A DNA stretch of 64,000 bases, from assembly GCF_036321535.1 (NCBI RefSeq), contig NC_087437.1, positions 109,864,001 through 109,928,000 of the forward strand, in the 5' to 3' direction. Positions 59,093-64,000 of the stretch are shown in pieces; the stretch's first letter is position 1, and every line of letters starts with the position of its first letter. Both the position numbers and the translations under genes were made by a program. The notes under the pieces are model-generated. The model had not been told where the DNA came from. It worked only from the letters and a program-made list of their open reading frames with translations, and did no database searches. The stretch comes from Camelus dromedarius. Lineage: Eukaryota.

Positions 59093-59380
59093 ATCAGACC
59101 TGCAGACTTAGTAAACAATCTTACGGTTATTGGGGAAAAGGGGTGGGAAGGGATAAATTTGGGAGTTTGAGATTTACAAATGTTAGCCACTGCATATAAA
59201 ACTAGATTTTAAAAAAGTTTATTTTGTACAGCACAGGGAACTATGTTCAATATCTTGTAATAACCTTCAATGGAAAAAAATATGAAAATGAATATATGTA
59301 TGTATATGCATGACTGGGACATTGTGCTGTACACCAGAGACTGATACACTGTAATTGACTGTACTTCAATTAAAAAATCA
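59093..59380 (+). mobile_element. 5'-truncated young L1 3' end
   Basis: gacttagtaaacaatcttacggttattggggaaaaggggtgggaagggataaatttgggagtttgagatttac...ctgtacaccagagactgatacactgtaattgactgtacttcaattaaaaaa. Same subfamily tail as 9247-9320. Confidence 0.85.
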
Positions 59381-60619
59381 AATTAATAAGAGGTATTTTA
59401 TGGTTCTTATCACAGTATTGCATAAGCAAGGAAATGTTCTGTAAATTCACTATCCTTGGCTTCTAGGACAAAAGCATGCCATTAAGCTCTCCACGTTTTG
59501 AAGAGCCTGGGGTAAGCAACGTCAATACACAAATCCTACCAAAGCCTTTCCATTCAGGCGAGAAGAAATTCCTAGATCTATGGAGAATGTTCTGGAGCAG
59601 GTACCGCTGAATCATTTCTGCAGTTTTGAGAGTACCGCATAGACTGTCTGGGTCATGTTCCATAATACATATGTCCTTTGCACCTATCATCAATGATTTT
59701 TCTTGATCTCTGTCCTAAAATGTAAATTCAGTAGATTGTCTACCAAGCATCTAATCCCATCACTAAGCCATTTGCTAGCCCTTTACCAAGAGTCTTTAGG
59801 AGCTCCAACATGCTCCATTTTGGGTTAGATTAGATACTGGTTCCTTCTTCAGCTACCTTCATCTTAGAGGAGTGGTCACATCCAGCCTGGAAAGGATGAG
59901 TGGCCCAGATGAGTTGAACTCTCCCCAGACACTCCCTCCTTGAGTCACATTCATAACAGTCTGCACTGTGAGTGAGTTTCATTTGTCCACATTATTGACT
60001 GGCTGTGACTGGAGTTCTCTGAAGCTGTCATGCAGATGCAGTCCCCTTACCACTGCCAGTGCCACATTGCTGCCGTCACTGCTGTGGCCGGGAGCTCTGT
60101 GTCAACGTTTCTTTCTGCACGGATACTCTGATGTTGTGACTACCATATGGTCTGTTGCTGTGGATGGGATCAAAGAGTGTTCATTCAGCTTCTTCCGGAC
60201 CCGCCTCAGCTACCTCTCAATTCCATCCCTCTACAGAAGGACCCATGCAAGTAGTGGTTTATAGATTTTAGGCTTCATTCTTCTCTTTGGGGATGACCTC
60301 TGTCTAACCTATTCACAGAGATGACAAGCAAATAAACCAACATTAGCTCTGTCATCCACTCGGAATACTTGCCAGCCCACTTCCACAAAGCATGGCCAGC
60401 ATGGCCTGTACTTTTTACGCATTTCCCTTAGTATGAAGTGCTACTTGCATCTTTCCAGATACAAAACAGCTAATCTCTCATTTTTTGGATGAATTGCTTT
60501 TCTAATATGTCACAGATTTCTGGATTTATCTACAAATCTCTGCCTCCACCCTTCACTTTGAGTCTCTGAGCTAGCTAATTTTGTTGCTAAATCTCACTGA
60601 GCATTTCCTAGACACAAGG

Positions 60620-60850
60620 TCACGTGCTGAGCACTTCCAAATTATTAATTTTTTAAGCCTCACAGTGGCCCTATCATTATCATCATCTCAACTTTGAAGC
60701 TGAGGAAATCGAAGTGGAGAGTGGTTAAAAGAAACATGCACATGGTCACACAACTGGAATTCAAACAGCCTTCACCAGCACAGCTAAGATCAGACCTGAA
60801 GAAATCTGACTTCAGAGTCCATGCTTTTAGGTAGTACCTAATGTCACCCT
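60620..60850 (-). mobile_element. MIR SINE relic
   Basis: gcctcacagtggccctatcattatcatcatctcaactttgaagctgaggaaatcgaagtggagagtggttaa...atggtcacacaactggaattcaaa...ctgacttcagagtccatgcttttagg is MIR-like. Confidence 0.6.
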
Positions 60851-61729
60851 GAATAAAAGATCCAGTTAAGAGCACACCCACAGCTTCCCAACAGCTGAGC
60901 TGTTCTAAACACAATTAATGCATCTTCACAACATTGAGACTCCATGGTTTCATGATAATCACACTGAGTGTGTTCCCATCTTCTGCCGAGTACCACCTGT
61001 GTGTTCTTTTATTCTGGTCCATACTATACAAATAATGGAAAAGGAACATGTTCTCTTTTTTTTCTTCCAAATAGTTATACTTTTTATCCAGTGGGGTGGG
61101 GAGGTGGGGGGAACCTGTAACATTAAATCCACAAAAGTGTTGAATACAAATAATAGTATGACAATGATTTGTAATGTAAATAAATTTATTTAATACAAAG
61201 AACATTTTCCTAAATTAAAAAAAAAAACACTTAAATAGTGAAAAGAGGAAAAAGAATAGCAGAAAGGTAGTGAATATGCTGAACCTGAACTTCTCATTTT
61301 CAAACATCTCTGGCTGCTCTGGTTATGGAGCTCTTGGAGGTGAAATTCAAAATTCTCTTACACTTTTCAAGAGTAGAGTCAATCTCATGTTAACAAAAAG
61401 TGCTGTGATACACCAGATAAAACAGTGATGGAGAGAGAGTAGACACAGATTTGAGTTGTGGTTCTGATGTTAGCTGGGCGAGCAACCTTTGATAGAGTTG
61501 AACCCATCAGATTCACATAGATGGGCTTCAAAGCGTCTTTAAACTTCAACACTGTATGGATTTCTGATATTAGCAGCCCGTTCGACCTTTATCTATGGTA
61601 AATAACATGTCATTTTACAATAAGCCAGATTCAATGCTAAATGCTTCCATTGATAATAAGCGGTAGCCGAAGTGTGATGTGGACATTTAAAATAGCCACG
61701 CTAGTCCCCGGTTGCAACTTTCATTGCTC

Positions 61730-61735
61730 TTTAAT
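61730..61735 (-). terminator. Candidate polyadenylation signal of KRTAP27-1
   Basis: TTTAAT on + is ATTAAA (variant hexamer) on the minus strand, about 240 nt downstream of the stop. Confidence 0.4.
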
Positions 61736-61975
61736 AAGCAGTGTCCTAGTGACCTAAAATAGTTAACGTACTTTCCTATTTCAGCTTACCACCAGAAATG
61801 CCCCCAGAAAGTAAAAAAAAGGAAACATTCTTCTCTTTGGAGACAGAGAAGTCATGTTCATTCACTCACAAACACCTGCAAAATAACTTAGAGAAAAAAA
61901 AAAAGTTCCTAGATATTTCAAATCTCAATTTATCCAAATTAGAATATGATTCTCGCTACACATTTTTCACATTCT

Positions 61976-62596
61976 TCATTCACTAGGCAACTGCAAACCA
62001 CCAGTAACACAGCAAGTTGGCTCATAAGTGTTAGAAGAAGATTCCAGGAGTTGTGGCCTCTGTGCTACGCAGACCAGAGAGCTACAGGAACTGGATTCGG
62101 GGCTCTGAGATTGGCACTGGCTAGATTCACATGCCACAGTTTGGCAAGTCTTAGAGACATAAATCTTGGGTGGACAACACTTTGCCATGTTACTTACAGG
62201 TTGGCAGCTCTGGACTACAACACCCATTTGCTGGCTACTTCTTGACTGACAAGGCTGAGACACACCCTCTGACACCGCTGAGGAGCTTCCCGATTGACAT
62301 GGTGTCCTTTCACAGGGCCTGGAATTAGAACAAGTCGTTTGGACAACTCGGGGGAGGCAGGCAGTTTGCACACAGCTATCCCCTGTGGACAGTCCCTGTT
62401 CACAGTTGGGTACTTTGCAGCTGGTGGTTTCATGACAGGTTTCTTGAAAGTTGTCCAGGAGCCAGGTCCTACTGTGGCAGCTGCTGGGAAAAAAAAATCC
62501 ATCTTCAAAGTTTATAGCTTTCGATTCATGTATGATGGCAGAGAGTGGTGGGACACTGTAGAAGCTCTTGAGTGGGTGGCTGTGGCTCTGGGTCAT
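61976..62596 (-). CDS. KRTAP27-1: Keratin-associated protein 27-1, 206 aa, intact single exon
   Basis: Collinear with recalled human KAP27-1: PPLSAI, FED, PSS.HSRT..LDNFQETC.ETTSC, VVQTT.SNSRPCERT.CQS, SQPCQS..QQMG.V.QSCQP, EPTCCVTGG.QLPS. Good Kozak context (aatATG). TATA upstream. Confidence 0.96.
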   Translation of the reverse strand: MTQSHSHPLKSFYSVPPLSAIIHESKAINFEDGFFFPSSCHSRTWLLDNFQETCHETTSCKVPNCEQGLSTGDSCVQTACLPRVVQTTCSNSRPCERTPCQSGSSSAVSEGVSQPCQSRSSQQMGVVVQSCQPVSNMAKCCPPKIYVSKTCQTVACESSQCQSQSPESSSCSSLVCVAQRPQLLESSSNTYEPTCCVTGGLQLPSE

Positions 62597-62675
62597 ATTG
62601 TTAAAACCCTTGATTGAAGTTGATTACAAGGACCCAACACGCTGGGTCTGAAGATTAAATTTGTTACCAAGGAGA

Positions 62676-62682
62676 TTATATA
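62676..62682 (-). promoter_or_regulatory. TATA box of KRTAP27-1
   Basis: TTATATA on + is TATATAA, 80 bp upstream of the ATG. Confidence 0.8.
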
Positions 62683-64000
62683 CTCAGAAAACTGGGTGTT
62701 GGCCTCTTCTCAAGACTCTTTTCTACCTCATTGCTTGAGCTAATTTGAAGGCTAACATCTCATTAGCACTTTGTTACATATGACAATGACATCTTATTCA
62801 TAAAGAAGCCAGTCCATTTTGAATCTTCAAAATAGCTTTCATGTTAGTCCCAAGGCTGATTCATCAAGGTGGAGCTTGTCTAATACGAGTCCCAACATGT
62901 CACCAAGCTAATTTTTTTCCCCTTAGTCACCATGACTTGTCATATTGGTAAAGGGACAATAAGAAATGTGTGTGAAGATGGCCAATTGAAATTGATTAAT
63001 ATTCAGCATTGGAGTTTTGAGAAATGCCACCATGGCAAAACCTGATATGATCAAGATGTTTTTAGTAAGAACTGATCTGATTGAGCCTGACCCTCATTCT
63101 CCTTCTTACTTTTTACCCAAAGTACCAAAAGTGGCCATTGTCCTATAAACATCTGTCCCTTGGTCTAACATTTTGTTCCCCTCATTTTATTGAATGCCAA
63201 ATTTAAATGTCACCTCATTATAAAGTTTTTGCTGTTGAGATGTTATTACTTATTCCTCTGAATCACCAATGGGTTTTGACACATTCTTTATTATGTTTGC
63301 ATTTTACACCAAGTAGTGTGTTTACTTACACTTCTGCTTGAAAATTTGCCCTAGGAACAAACTTGTTTCAGATCTGCTTTTCATTTTTGTTTATTCAGTG
63401 TTTTGTTTTTGGACTGCAGAGTGATGAACTCCTACACTTATCACATTAGCATGCTGCATTTCTCACAGTTTCATACTCATAGCACAGGACCTGCCAGCAC
63501 AATTTCTATAACACATTCTATAATTTATTTAGCTCAGCTTTTGACAGTGAAACACCAGAAGCATATTTTTAGCACAGCACTCTGATCTCCCTCTCTTGGG
63601 TCGGAAGCAAATCAGGAACATTCAGGAACTTTGAACAGCTCTTACCTGCACAGGGTCCTCCTTGATATGTGATGCACTGGGGACATTATATATTTAAAAG
63701 GACACCTCTGAATATGTTCAACTTAACAAGCTGTACACTCAACTTGTGTGTAAGGTCTTTGTAATGCATGCAAATCACTGATAATTTGAATGACCACTCT
63801 GGTGTGATTGAAGATCCCATTATGCCCTCTCCATGAACCCTACAAAAGCCGATTTAATTCTTATGCATACTTGGAGTTATCATTGCACAGAAGCTTCCAC
63901 TGTAGCTCATGACTCTCCTGCTTAAATGTACTAAATGGATTCTCTTTGTCCTTAAAACAAAACCCAGTCCCCTTAGCTTGGACTATACCACCTTGTAAGA

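Noticed and set aside
59968-60264. 98-aa ORF with SLKLSC, reminiscent of an Ig V framework
   Set aside because: No Trp/Cys spacing of a V domain, no leader exon or RSS seen; considered coincidental.
1-64000. CRISPR arrays, operons, toxin/defence systems, CLDN8
   Set aside because: This is mammalian intergenic DNA with no repeat-spacer arrays. No claudin ORF is present; CLDN8 is expected outside the window on the low-coordinate side.

Overview
Mammalian genomic DNA, almost certainly camelid: it carries two tRNA-derived Vic-1-type SINEs and artiodactyl-type L1 3' ends, and has three N gaps, all inside L1s. The window covers the distal end of the keratin-associated protein (KRTAP) cluster syntenic with human chr21q22.1. 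Three intact single-exon high-sulphur KAP genes lie on the minus strand: KRTAP24-1 (14812-15543), KRTAP26-1 (45859-46410) and KRTAP27-1 (61976-62596). Reading across frames reveals three further, frameshifted paralogues that the ORF track shows only as fragments. The first is the KRTAP25-1 locus (22342-22972), which reconstructs to a full-length ~211-aa KAP26-like gene whose C-terminal half matches human KAP25-1. The other two are pseudogenes I cannot assign to a named gene (about 34940-35544 and about 55818-56264). The six paralogues form a head-to-tail array and share a proximal promoter layout: TATA, a CAGGAAGAGAGTCTG element, a CTAATGAG element, a HOXC13-like TTTATGRR site and a LEF1-like site. 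The rest is intergenic DNA with L1, L2, MIR, LTR and DNA-transposon relics. No prokaryotic-type features (CRISPR, operons) and no genuine tRNA or rRNA genes were seen. Gene identifications rest on my recollection of the human proteins and repeat consensuses, not on database searches.
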